Part shown: positions 18,413 through 34,297 of the stretch, piece after piece
Layout of the letters: each line of letters begins with the position of its first letter
Numbering within the stretch: the stretch's first letter is position 1
NCBI GenBank assembly: GCA_964385715.1
Contig: CAYLRE010000004.1
Location: forward strand, 1-51,542
Reading direction: 5' to 3'
Source: an uncultured Planctomycetaceae bacterium
GTDB taxonomy: Bacteria; Planctomycetota; Planctomycetia; Pirellulales; UBA7805
Length of the DNA stretch: 51,542 nt
Translations under genes and position numbers: made by a program
The notes under the pieces: model-generated
The model's input: only the letters and a program-made list of their open reading frames with translations
Databases searched by the model: none
What the model was told of the DNA's origin: nothing

Positions 18413-20251
18413 ATGTCGTATCGAAGCCTACGAAGCTGCGTCGATGATCTCTCCGCCCATGGCCACCTCGTGCGCATCGAAGAGGAAGTCGACCCGCATC
18501 TCGAGGTCTCCGAGATCCACCGCCGTGTCTTTCAGGCTGGTGGACCCGCCATCTACTACGCCCGCGTGAAAGGCTCGCCGTTTCCGATGGTGAGCAATCT
18601 GTTCGGCACGATGGAACGGGCACGCTTCATCTTTCGCGACACACTCGAACGGGTTGGCCGGCTGATCGAATTGAAGGTCGATCCGGACGCCTTCTGGAAG
18701 AAGCCATCGCGATACTTCGGTGCGCCGCGTACTGCCCTGCATATGCTGCCCAAGAAGGTTCGCTCAGGGCCGATCAAGTTTGGTCAGACCAACATCGATC
18801 AACTACCGCAACAGGTCTCCTGGCCCGACGACGGCGGTGCCTTCGTCACGCTGCCTCAGGTCTACACCGAAGACGTGCGTAGCCCCGGACTTGGGCAGTC
18901 GAACCTCGGCATGTACCGCATTCAGCTCTCTGGCAACGAATACGAACCGAATCGCGAGATCGGTCTGCACTACCAACTGCACCGCGGCATTGGGATTCAC
19001 CAGACCGCGGCCGTCGAGCGGGGCGAACCGTTTCGCGTGAATATCTTTGTCGGCGGGCCGCCCGCCATGAACGTGGCGGCCGTGATGCCGCTGCCCGAAG
19101 GTTTCTCCGAACTACGTTTTGCCGGGGCTCTGGCTGGGCGGCGAGTGCGAATGGTCAAGAACCCCGACGGGCTGCCGCTCCATGCCGATGCCGACTTCTG
19201 CATTTGCGGAACAGTGATTCCGGACAAGAAACTGCCCGAGGGCCCGTTCGGTGATCACCTCGGATACTACAGTCTGGCCCACGACTTCCCGGTTTTGGCC
19301 GTCGATAAGGTCTATCACCGCAAAGATGCGATCTGGCCCTTCACCGTCGTCGGTCGCCCGCCTCAAGAAGACACGATCTTCGGCGAATTGATTCACGAAC
19401 TGACCGGGCCGGCGATTCCAACCGTGATTCACGGTGTGCGTGCTGTACATGCCGTCGACGCGGCGGGCGTCCATCCGCTGCTGCTGGCGATTGGCAGCGA
19501 GCGGTACGTTCCTTTCGAGGAAACGACGCGGCCGCAAGAGATTCTCACCCAGGCGAACGCCATCTTGGGGCAAGGTCAACTCTCGCTGGCCAAATACCTT
19601 TGGATCACGGCCGACGACAATTCGAACTCGGAGCAGAAGCCGAAACTTGAGATCGAGAAGATCGACGAGTTCCTAATGCATATGCTTCGCCGCATCGACT
19701 GGCGCCGCGATGTGCACTTCCAAACCTGCACCACGATCGACACACTCGACTACTCCGGCAGCGGCCTGAACGAAGGATCGAAGGTCGTCTTCGCCGCCGT
19801 CGGTCCGCCCGTGCGAGAATTGCCATCGACCGTGCCGAGCGACCTTTCCTTGCCGGAAGGGTTTGCCGATCCGCAAGTCGTCATCCCCGGTGTACTGGCC
19901 GTGCGTGGTCCGGCTGCCGATGTTGTGCCGTCGCTCGAGTCGTTCTGCAATGCATTCGACAGTCGCGGCATCGGTAGCTTCCCGCTTGTCGTGGTGGTCG
20001 ACGATGCCAACTTCACGGCCGAAAGCCTGCGGAATTTCTTGTGGGTCACCTTCACTCGCAGCAACCCGGCGGCTGACATCTATGGCACCGCTGCCACAAC
20101 GCGTGACAAACACTGGGGCTGCGAGGGCTCGCTGGTGATCGACGCCCGCGTGAAGCCACACCACGCTCCACCACTGATCGAAGATCCTGAAACCACCAAG
20201 CGAGTCGATCGCTTGGGCGAATCTGGCGGCCCACTGCATGGGCTGATCTGA
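18413..20251 (+). CDS. UbiD family prenyl-FMN-dependent decarboxylase
   Basis: RIEEEVDPHLEV, SNLFGT, WPDDGGAFVTLPQV, NLGMYRIQ, PEGPFGDHLGYYSL and VVGRPPQED. Start moved to ATG 18413. Confidence 0.9.
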   Translation: MSYRSLRSCVDDLSAHGHLVRIEEEVDPHLEVSEIHRRVFQAGGPAIYYARVKGSPFPMVSNLFGTMERARFIFRDTLERVGRLIELKVDPDAFWKKPSRYFGAPRTALHMLPKKVRSGPIKFGQTNIDQLPQQVSWPDDGGAFVTLPQVYTEDVRSPGLGQSNLGMYRIQLSGNEYEPNREIGLHYQLHRGIGIHQTAAVERGEPFRVNIFVGGPPAMNVAAVMPLPEGFSELRFAGALAGRRVRMVKNPDGLPLHADADFCICGTVIPDKKLPEGPFGDHLGYYSLAHDFPVLAVDKVYHRKDAIWPFTVVGRPPQEDTIFGELIHELTGPAIPTVIHGVRAVHAVDAAGVHPLLLAIGSERYVPFEETTRPQEILTQANAILGQGQLSLAKYLWITADDNSNSEQKPKLEIEKIDEFLMHMLRRIDWRRDVHFQTCTTIDTLDYSGSGLNEGSKVVFAAVGPPVRELPSTVPSDLSLPEGFADPQVVIPGVLAVRGPAADVVPSLESFCNAFDSRGIGSFPLVVVVDDANFTAESLRNFLWVTFTRSNPAADIYGTAATTRDKHWGCEGSLVIDARVKPHHAPPLIEDPETTKRVDRLGESGGPLHGLI

Positions 20252-20531
20252 GTCGGTATTCTCCGCAGAAACCATCTCATTCGCCGCCTACTGATCAATA
20301 GGCAGGATCCCTAGTGGCTAAGTGATATAGGGCTCAAACCCGTACCAGAACTGCAGAAAGCGGATTCGGCTCTGCGCCAGGCCGCTAGATCGGCTATACT
20401 CCAACCCGAGTCATTCGAGGCCATCGGGTTGAAACGGAGTTCGACGCCGGAATCGTATGCCAGCGTCTACGCTGAACACAGGGTCACTCCGAGTCGGGGG
20501 ACCCGGCCCCTCGCGTTGGAATACGATTCAT

Positions 20532-21602
20532 ATGAAGAGCACACTTGAAGGGGAACCGATCGACGGCAACGCGACTGCTGTTGTCGATCTTCCGTCCGCC
20601 ACAGATCTCGATGTTGACGACGATCACGGCGCTGAAGCATTAGCTTCTGTGGCTCCGAATCCGCAGCCTGCCGTCCGTTCGGTTGACCAACCTGAAGAGA
20701 CGCAGCCGACGCAAATCTCCTGGCCCCACGCGATCGCGATTCCAACCGTTCATCTATTGGCCTTGTTGGCACTGCTTCCTTGGCTGTTCAGTTGGTCGGG
20801 CCTGGTGTTGGCCATCGTCGGCTTCTTTGCCTACGGCTTGCTTGGCATCAACCTCTGCTACCATCGCATTCTGACGCATGGCGGAGTGAAGTTGCCGAAG
20901 TGGCTTGAGCATTGCTTTGCCACGCTCGGGGTTTGTTGCCTACAAGATTCGCCCGCTCGATGGGTAGCCATCCATCGCCTGCACCACAAGCATTCCGATC
21001 ATCGCCCCGATCCGCATACACCCTTGGTCAATTTCCTCTGGGGGCACATCGGCTGGCTCTTCGTCAAGCATAGCGACCACAGCCGCTATCGATTCTACGA
21101 GCAATACGCACGCGACATTCTTCGCGATCCGTTCTACCTTCGCTTCGAACGAAAGCTGTTTTGGTTCTGGACCTACGTCATCCATGCCGCGCTCTACTTC
21201 GTCGTCGGACTCGCCATCGGTTGGGCAACGACCGGTGTCTATCTCTCCGGAGTGCAACTAGGAGCCAGTTGGCTGGTATGGGGAGTCTTCGTTCGCACCG
21301 TTGTCGAGTGGCACAATACCTGGAGTGTGAATTCCATCACGCACCTTTGGGGATATCGCAACTACGAAACCCGCGACGACAGCCGCAATCACTGGCTCGT
21401 CGCACTCACGGCCCACGGCGAAGGCTGGCACAACAATCACCACGCCGACCAACGATCGGCCAAGCATGGGCACAAGTGGTGGGAATACGACCTGACCTGG
21501 GCCGTGATTCGATCTCTTGAAATCGTCGGCCTGGCTAGGAACGTGATCCGGCCGAAAGCACAACCGCAGCCCAAGCCAGGCGCAAATCGAGCGCCCGAGT
21601 AG
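20532..21602 (+). CDS. Delta-9-type acyl-lipid/acyl-CoA desaturase
   Basis: CYHRILTH, WVAIHRLHHKHSD..DPH, WSVNSITH, GEGWHNNHH and WWEYD. Start is 20457 or 20532. Confidence 0.9.
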   Translation: MKSTLEGEPIDGNATAVVDLPSATDLDVDDDHGAEALASVAPNPQPAVRSVDQPEETQPTQISWPHAIAIPTVHLLALLALLPWLFSWSGLVLAIVGFFAYGLLGINLCYHRILTHGGVKLPKWLEHCFATLGVCCLQDSPARWVAIHRLHHKHSDHRPDPHTPLVNFLWGHIGWLFVKHSDHSRYRFYEQYARDILRDPFYLRFERKLFWFWTYVIHAALYFVVGLAIGWATTGVYLSGVQLGASWLVWGVFVRTVVEWHNTWSVNSITHLWGYRNYETRDDSRNHWLVALTAHGEGWHNNHHADQRSAKHGHKWWEYDLTWAVIRSLEIVGLARNVIRPKAQPQPKPGANRAPE

Positions 21603-21812
21603 AGCCGTACTTGGGCCAATCGTGCCATTGCGGCCGACTTTTTTTGCCATATGCAGAAAAACGGGGTTGGGGTGAAAAAACTCCAAGGTGTTGTGCATTC
21701 CTGAGTTATGGCGAAAGGCATTTTTGCCGCTTCTGGCCGCAACTCTTATGTGCGTATGCCCTTAGCGTTAATTCGCCCGATTTACGGGTGACGCCAAAAA
21801 AGTCGCGGCATC

Positions 21813-21928
21813 GTTGTGGGGTGGTCTCCCGACCGCTCCACTGCCAGGACCGTAGGTCTCCAAATTGACAGGCTTGCTAGGAGACCTTCGGTCGACCGAG
21901 TGGGCTGGTCAGGAGACCAGCCCACAAC
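21813..21928. repeat. 116-bp composite palindromic element (REPIN-like, family A), copy 1
   Basis: Terminal GTTGTGGG/CCCACAAC inverted repeat, internal GACCGTAGGTCTCC-N18-GGAGACCTTCGGTC arm, and perfect hairpin GTGGGCTGGTC-AGGA-GACCAGCCCAC. Confidence 0.9.
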
Positions 21929-21950
21929 ATGTGTGCCAAGCAAGGATCGC

Positions 21951-21975
21951 GAAGGGCGAGGCCGAGCGCCGAGCC
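21951..21975. repeat. Degenerate REP-like family C copy
   Basis: AGGGCGAGGC-N5-GCCGAGCC matches the reverse complement of 33393-33418 (AGGGCGAGGC-N4-GCCGAGCC). Confidence 0.6.
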
Positions 21976-22016
21976 ATGGTAACAGTGCGAGTGGAGGAAC
22001 CAATTCGTGTTGCAAA

Positions 22017-22040
22017 CCACTGGCGGAGCCAGTGGCACCC
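22017..22040. repeat. REP-like palindrome family B (short form)
   Basis: CCACTGGC-GGA-GCCAGTGG hairpin running into a CACCC tail. Confidence 0.85.
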
Positions 22041-22059
22041 ACGTTCACCCTCAAGCCTC

Positions 22060-22090
22060 ACGACTTACGACTTACGACTTACGACTTACG
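22060..22090. repeat. Heptamer tandem repeat (ACGACTT) x4.4
   Basis: Four exact units at 22060-22087 plus ACG. Confidence 0.95.
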
Positions 22091-22200
22091 GCATCACACC
22101 TATCTATCCAAATTGCCAAAGAACGGACGCACTCCGACACTACCACACCTGCCGGGTTCAAAACAAACAAATTGGCGGCTGGTCGCAGCATCACGCGAAT

Positions 22201-22226
22201 GAACATTTGTGGAACAAATGTTGAAC
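22201..22226. promoter_or_regulatory. Putative transcription-factor operator
   Basis: Perfect inverted repeat AACATTTGT-GGA-ACAAATGTT (22202-22222) superimposed on three GAAC direct repeats at 11-bp spacing. It is AT-rich in a GC-rich genome. Function is inferred only. Confidence 0.4.
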
Positions 22227-22300
22227 GGAGACATTGTCGATTCATTCTTGTTGCGGAATTGTCCGAATTCAGTTCGAGCTGAATGCGGAGCATTAAGCTG

Positions 22301-22416
22301 GTTGTGGGGCGGTCTCCCGACCGTCCCGCTGCAAAGACCGCAGGTCTCCAAATCCACAAGATTGCGAGGAGACCTTCGGTCGACCGAGTGGGCTGGTCAG
22401 GAGACCAGCCCACAGC
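22301..22416. repeat. 116-bp composite palindromic element (REPIN-like, family A), copy 2
   Basis: Same length and architecture as 21813-21928. The right half GGAGACCTTCGGTCGACCGAGTGGGCTGGTCAGGAGACCAGCCCACA is identical. Confidence 0.9.
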
Positions 22417-22477
22417 AAGCAGCGATCAGCAAGTGGTACGCCTGTTGAGAACGACGAGGCCAGACCCCGGTGTTCCG

Positions 22478-22500
22478 CACTGGCAGAGCCAGTGGCACCC
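22478..22500. repeat. REP-like palindrome family B (short form)
   Basis: CACTGGC-AGA-GCCAGTG followed by GCACCC. Confidence 0.85.
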
Positions 22501-22656
22501 AGGGACCAAGTGCCTGAGGATCGCATGGCACCTGACGCTTTAACCGCGGCGCCGGGCGTGCTACCCTGCATAGGACGATCGTCACGGCAGGAATCCCGCG
22601 ACCATCGCCCTCGAAGCAGAAACTGCCATCGCCGCCGTCTCTTGTGACTGCGATCC

Positions 22657-23763
22657 ATGACTGAAGCCAACGCCGACATCCCGTTCATGCAGCGAGCCCT
22701 AGAACTAGCCGTGGGCGGCCAGGGTTCCGTGGAGCCGAATCCAATGGTCGGCTGCGTTATTGTCTCCGGGGGCGAAATCATTGGCGAGGGCTGGCACGCC
22801 CAGTTTGGCGGACCGCACGCCGAACCGGTCGCCTTGCAACGAGCGGGCGATAGGGCACGTGGAGCCACCGCCTACGTCACGCTCGAACCTTGCTGCCATC
22901 ATGGCAAAACGCCTCCTTGCTCCCAGGCGCTCATCGATGCGGGCGTCGCCCGCGTGGTGTTTGCCATGCACGATCCATTTCCGAAGGTAGACGGCGGTGG
23001 GGCGGCCGCGCTGAGAGAGGCAGGCATCGACGTCGTCAGCGGGCTGATGGAACTCGAATCACGACGACTCAACGCTCCCTATTTAAAACTTGTCGAAACC
23101 GGACGGCCGTGGATCATTGCCAAATGGGCGATGACGCTCGACGGACGACTGGCGACCCGTCTGGGCGACAGCCAGTGGATCTCTGGCGAAGAGTCACGTG
23201 CTCTCGTTCATGAAATTCGCGGGCGCGTTGACGCGATCATGGTCGGCCGAGGTACCGCCGCCGCCGATGATCCGGCACTCACGGCCCGTCCCCCCGGCGT
23301 TCGCACACCGACTCGCATCGTCGTTGATTCGGGCGTGAGCTTGTCGCTCGATAGCCAACTCGTAAAGACCGCCACGGAAGCGCCCGTTCTGATCGCGGCG
23401 TCGGAAGCCGCCGATGCTGCCACCACCGACGCACTGACTACCGCCGGTTGCGAGGTGCTAAGGTGTGCCGGAGACGACCACGCCTCGCGGCTAGAATTTC
23501 TGCTCGACGAACTTGGTCGACGGCAAATGACCAACATCCTGGTCGAAGGAGGCGGCGAATTGTTCGGCAGCCTGTTCGACTCCGGTCAGGTCGACGAAGT
23601 GCACGCTTTCATCGCTCCCAAAATCGTTGGAGGGCAGGACGCCCGCTCGCCGGTGGCCGGCTGGGGAGCCGATCTGATGCTGGCCGCTACCAAGCTTGAA
23701 GAACCGGTGATCTCGCAGCTGGGCGAAGACGTCTATTTGCGTGGGCGAGTGGGGCGGCATTAG
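22657..23763 (+). CDS. ribD: Bifunctional riboflavin deaminase/reductase RibD
   Basis: PNPMVGCVIV, HAE, YVTLEPCCHHGKTPPC, KWAMTLDG, DDPALTAR and ILVEGGG. Confidence 0.97.
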   Translation: MTEANADIPFMQRALELAVGGQGSVEPNPMVGCVIVSGGEIIGEGWHAQFGGPHAEPVALQRAGDRARGATAYVTLEPCCHHGKTPPCSQALIDAGVARVVFAMHDPFPKVDGGGAAALREAGIDVVSGLMELESRRLNAPYLKLVETGRPWIIAKWAMTLDGRLATRLGDSQWISGEESRALVHEIRGRVDAIMVGRGTAAADDPALTARPPGVRTPTRIVVDSGVSLSLDSQLVKTATEAPVLIAASEAADAATTDALTTAGCEVLRCAGDDHASRLEFLLDELGRRQMTNILVEGGGELFGSLFDSGQVDEVHAFIAPKIVGGQDARSPVAGWGADLMLAATKLEEPVISQLGEDVYLRGRVGRH

Positions 23764-24015
23764 CAGATCCTAACTGCACCAGCAGAACGCGCAGGCGCAT
23801 GCTGATCCGTTAGCAAGCCAGTTCTTCTTTGCGGTCGCCATTGTCGGTCGTTTGTCCCCGCTCTGAGGGACCTAGTTCCGAGAATCTTTCCGACTTGTTG
23901 CCGGCTCGCTTGGGGCCGTAGAATGAGCGGTTCGGATCAACGCGACCTGAACATTCATCTCCCACGCCCTGCCCCACGCCCTGCCCCTGCCTTCCGCCCG
24001 GAGCGTCAGCCCGCC

Positions 24016-31018
<7,003 letters not shown>

Positions 31019-31026
<8 letters not shown>

Positions 31027-31687
31027 GCAAGAATCGACCAACCTGTTGCCCTCGCCGATGCTGTTCCGTTTCTCGGTGCCCTGCTACCACCATGAAGGGC
31101 CGCTTTGGAAAACCACGGCGGCGGAGCTCGATGAGAAATATCGTATCCCGAGCTTTGCGGAGCTCGACGGTCAGCCGAGTTGGGCCGACCTGCGCGTCGC
31201 CTGGAACGAGACCGGCATGCTCATCAACCTGATGGTGGTCGGCAAACGGTCGGCCCCCTGGTGCCGCGAGAGTCGCTTCGAAGATAGCGACGGACTGACC
31301 ATCTGGCTCGACACCCGCGATACGCAAACGGTCCATCGGGCCACGCGGTTTTGTCAGAGCTTCTGCTTTATGCCCGGCGGGACGGGGGCCAAGTTTGCGG
31401 AACCTTTGGGGCTGCCACTGAAGATTCATCGCGCCAAAGAAGACGCCCCGCTGGTCGGCATCAAGGATCTCAAGGTGCAAGCCAAGCGGTACGACGACGG
31501 CTACCGGATGAACGCCTTCATTCCGGTCGACGCCCTGCACGGTTTCGATGCCAGTGAGCACCCGCGGTTGGGCTTCGCCTACCTGGTGCGTGATCGCGAG
31601 CTGGGCGAGCAGACGCTCTCGGTTGGGAGCGAGTTCCCGATCACCAACGACCCGAGCCTGTGGAGCACGCTGGAGTTGGTGCGTTAA
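31019..31687 (+). CDS. Hypothetical protein, possible DOMON/CBM9-like beta-sandwich
   Basis: ADLRVAWNETG, DSDGLTIWLDTRD, Y.MNAFIP..AL.GFD, LGFAYLVRDRELG and P.LW.TLEL. Overlaps the uvrA 3' end by 8 nt. Confidence 0.6.
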
Positions 31688-32583
31688 CTCTCGGCCATTT
31701 CGCGGGCGTGGTAACTGCTGCGAACGAACGGGCCGCTGGCCACCTGGCGGAAGCCCATTTGCCGGGCGGCCTCGCCCAGTTCGTCGAATTCTTCCGGCGG
31801 AATGTAGCGAACCACCGGTAGGTGTTCGAGCGTTGGTTGGAGATATTGCCCCAGCGTGAGGAAGTCGCAGCCGACGTCGAGAAGATCGGCGAAGGTGTCG
31901 AACAGCTCCGTGTGCGTTTCGCCCAAGCCCAGCATCAGGCCGGTCTTGGTCTTGATGGCCGGGTTCATTTCCTTCACGCGGCGAAGCAACTCGAGTGTCC
32001 AGCGATAATCGGACTTGCGACCACGAACTTCGCGATAGAGGCGGGGCACCGTTTCGGTGTTGTGGTTGAACACTTCCGGCTGAGCCTCGACCACGCGAGC
32101 CACCGCTTCGGGGCAATGCAAAAAGTCGGGCGTGAGCACCTCGATGCTGGCACCCGTTCGCTCGCGCACCGCCATCACACAGCGATAGAAATGATCGGCC
32201 CCACCGTCCGGTAGGTCGTCTCGCGTTACGGAAGTGATCACGACATGCTTGAGTCCCATTCGCGCGGCCGCTTCGGCAACGCGCTGCGGCTCGTCCGCCT
32301 CGAGCGCTTCGGTCCGTCCCTTCTTCACGCTACAGAAACCACACGGTCGGGTGCATACCTCGCCCATGATCATCAGCGTGGCGGTCTTGCTCGACCAGCA
32401 TTCGCTGCGGTTGGGGCACTTGGCACTCTCGCAGACCGTCTCCAGGCCGAGATCGGAGATCAAGTTGGCCGTGGCGTGCAGCCCAAAGCCGCTGGGGATG
32501 TTGCGACGCAGCCAGGGCGGCAGGCGGCGAACAGGCGGCTTCACTTCGGCCGCAGGCGGTTGGACAACAGGGAGTTCGAGCAT
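31684..32583 (-). CDS. lipA: Lipoyl synthase
   Basis: RLPPWLR, CESAKCPNRSEC, CTRPCGFC, VVITSVTRDDL, FNHNTETV, GQYLQP and SGPFVRSSY. Start moved to ATG 32583. Confidence 0.97.
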   Translation of the reverse strand: MLELPVVQPPAAEVKPPVRRLPPWLRRNIPSGFGLHATANLISDLGLETVCESAKCPNRSECWSSKTATLMIMGEVCTRPCGFCSVKKGRTEALEADEPQRVAEAAARMGLKHVVITSVTRDDLPDGGADHFYRCVMAVRERTGASIEVLTPDFLHCPEAVARVVEAQPEVFNHNTETVPRLYREVRGRKSDYRWTLELLRRVKEMNPAIKTKTGLMLGLGETHTELFDTFADLLDVGCDFLTLGQYLQPTLEHLPVVRYIPPEEFDELGEAARQMGFRQVASGPFVRSSYHAREMAES

Positions 32584-32808
32584 GGTAGCCGTGTTTGGGG
32601 AGACTCTTGGGCAGTGGAAAAGATAGCAGGGGGGAAACTGGACGGCGGGAAGGAAGCGATGCGAACACGCTGCGCGAGCGGCGTGTCTATCGTTATAATA
32701 GCCGATTCGACCCGGCAACGGACAGGCATGGCGGAACAGTACTACACTGCAATCAACGCAGAACAGCTGCCAGATACGTCGGGGAACCGTCCAACTACGC
32801 AGACTTCC

Positions 32809-33300
32809 ATGGCCAAGAAATCGAAGAAAAAGAAGGCCGATCCCGAGGACAAGAATTCCAAGCGGATCACCGACAACCGCAAGTCGCGGCACGAGTTCGA
32901 GGTTCTCGACACACTCGAATGTGGCATCGTGCTGGTGGGGAGCGAGGTGAAGAGCCTGCGCAATGGCAAGGTCTCGCTCGACGAGGCGTACGGCCGCGTG
33001 AAGGATGGCGAGGTCTGGCTGATGGACTGCGATATCGCCGAGTACACGCAGGCCAATACGATGAACCATGAGACGAAGCGTCCTCGCAAGCTGCTCATGC
33101 ATCGTCGCGAGATCAAGAAGTTCGCCAGCAAGGCGTTCGAGAAGGGGCTGACGCTAGTGCCGCTGAAGATGTACTTCAAGGAAGGCCGGGCGAAGGTCCT
33201 GATGGGCATCGGCCGCGGCCGCAAGCTGTACGACAAACGCGAGAAGTTGAAGAAGGACAGCGTCAAACGGGACATCGACCGGGCCATGCGCGGGCGGTGA
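32809..33300 (+). CDS. smpB: SsrA-binding protein
   Basis: NRKSRHEF, ECGIVLVGSEVKSLR, RKLLMHRREI, TLVPLKMYFK and KLYDKRE. Start moved to ATG 32809. Confidence 0.97.
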   Translation: MAKKSKKKKADPEDKNSKRITDNRKSRHEFEVLDTLECGIVLVGSEVKSLRNGKVSLDEAYGRVKDGEVWLMDCDIAEYTQANTMNHETKRPRKLLMHRREIKKFASKAFEKGLTLVPLKMYFKEGRAKVLMGIGRGRKLYDKREKLKKDSVKRDIDRAMRGR

Positions 33301-33322
33301 TAGGAGTTTAGACGTTGCCTCG

Positions 33323-33354
33323 GGGGTGCCACTGGTAGCTCGCTACCAGTGCCG
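33323..33354. repeat. REP-like palindrome family B (long form), intergenic
   Basis: GGGGTGC followed by the perfect hairpin CACTGGTAG-CTCG-CTACCAGTG, 23 nt after the smpB stop. Confidence 0.9.
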
Positions 33355-33392
33355 GGTGAAGTGGAGTTGTGCCTCCACTCGCGTCTCAACGA

Positions 33393-33418
33393 CGGCTCGG
33401 CAGGAGCCTCGCCCTCCC
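33393..33418. repeat. REP-like family C element CGGCTCGGCAGGAGCCTCGCCCTCCC
   Basis: Imperfect palindrome with a degenerate reverse-orientation copy at 21951-21975. Confidence 0.65.
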
Positions 33419-33625
33419 GATACCGTTTTGGCCGTCACCCGAACCATTCGGCTCTCCCCGACGTACAGAGAAGAATATCCGACTTTGCCGCACGCGAGGC
33501 GTCTTCACATTTCGCTCTTGTGGGCAGGCGGCGGGTTAATATGATGGAGCTTCCTGCCGCCCCTCGCAGCGGCAGCAAACCATTCACGCCCGAACCCCTC
33601 GCACGCCTGCCGCCTGGTCTGCTCG

Positions 33626-34297
33626 ATGTTACTCCTCCAAGACGTTCGCAAGTCGTACCCACAGCCCGGCGGCACGCCCCTGCCAATTCTCAACATCGCT
33701 GAGTTTTCCGTGAATGCCGGGGAGCAGGTGGTGCTGACCGGACGGAGTGGCGGCGGTAAGACAACGCTGCTGCACATCATCGCGGGGATTACCGTGCCGG
33801 ACGCTGGCATCGTAAAACTCGACGGCCACGACATCACCAAGATGCCGGAGGCAATGCGGGACCGATATCGGGCAGCCAAGCTCGGCTACGTGTTTCAAAC
33901 CTTCAATCTGCTACCTGCCTTCTCGGCCCTAGAGAACGTCCTGCTCGGCATGAGTTTTGGTGGCTCGAAGGCGGATTCATCTCGGGCCAAACAACTGCTC
34001 GACCGCGTCGGCCTATCGCATCGCATCACGCATCGGCCCGGCGCGCTCTCTGTTGGAGAGCAGCAGAGAGTCGCCGTCGCGCGGGCTTTGGCAAATCGGC
34101 CGGCCGTGCTGCTGGCAGACGAGCCAACGGCCAACATTGATCCGGCCCATCAGAAGCAGGTGGTCGACCTGATTCGCGAGACCTGTGCGGAGGAAGAGGT
34201 TGCGCTGCTGATGGTGACCCACACGCCGGAAGTAGCGGATCAGTTCGATCGCGTGGAACAACTGGAAACTTTGAATCGGACGGCGGAGACAGTATGA
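33626..34297 (+). CDS. ABC transporter ATP-binding protein (LolD/MacB-like)
   Basis: GRSGGGKTT, YVFQTFNLL, LSVGEQQRVAVARAL, LADEPT and VTH. Confidence 0.93.
   Translation: MLLLQDVRKSYPQPGGTPLPILNIAEFSVNAGEQVVLTGRSGGGKTTLLHIIAGITVPDAGIVKLDGHDITKMPEAMRDRYRAAKLGYVFQTFNLLPAFSALENVLLGMSFGGSKADSSRAKQLLDRVGLSHRITHRPGALSVGEQQRVAVARALANRPAVLLADEPTANIDPAHQKQVVDLIRETCAEEEVALLMVTHTPEVADQFDRVEQLETLNRTAETV

Noticed and set aside
21635-21805. 10-bp inverted repeat CGACTTTTTT / AAAAAAGTCG about 150 bp apart, enclosing weak palindromes reminiscent of Xer/dif-like sites
   Set aside because: Mostly a homopolymer match, with no target-site duplication or second copy, and the internal palindromes pair poorly.
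21813-22416. Possible CRISPR array from the repeated 116-bp unit
   Set aside because: Only two copies, far too long for CRISPR repeats, with a 372-bp spacer and no cas genes.
22501-22656. Possible FMN riboswitch upstream of ribD
   Set aside because: The conserved RFN elements (AGGGCGGGGTGAAATTCCC.ACCGGCGGT-like) are not present.
23958-23992. Short CCCACGCCCTG duplication before uvrA
   Set aside because: Two low-complexity copies in GC-rich DNA, with no evidence of function.
33301-33625. Possible tmRNA (ssrA) next to smpB, since the region starts with GGGGGTG
   Set aside because: No tRNA-like 5' arm with the TTCGA motif and no 3' T-arm/CCA end. The G-run belongs to the family B repeat.
33520-33625. 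Zur/Fur box upstream of the His-rich ABC transporter
   Set aside because: Only a short AT patch (GGGTTAATATGATGG) with no convincing inverted repeat.
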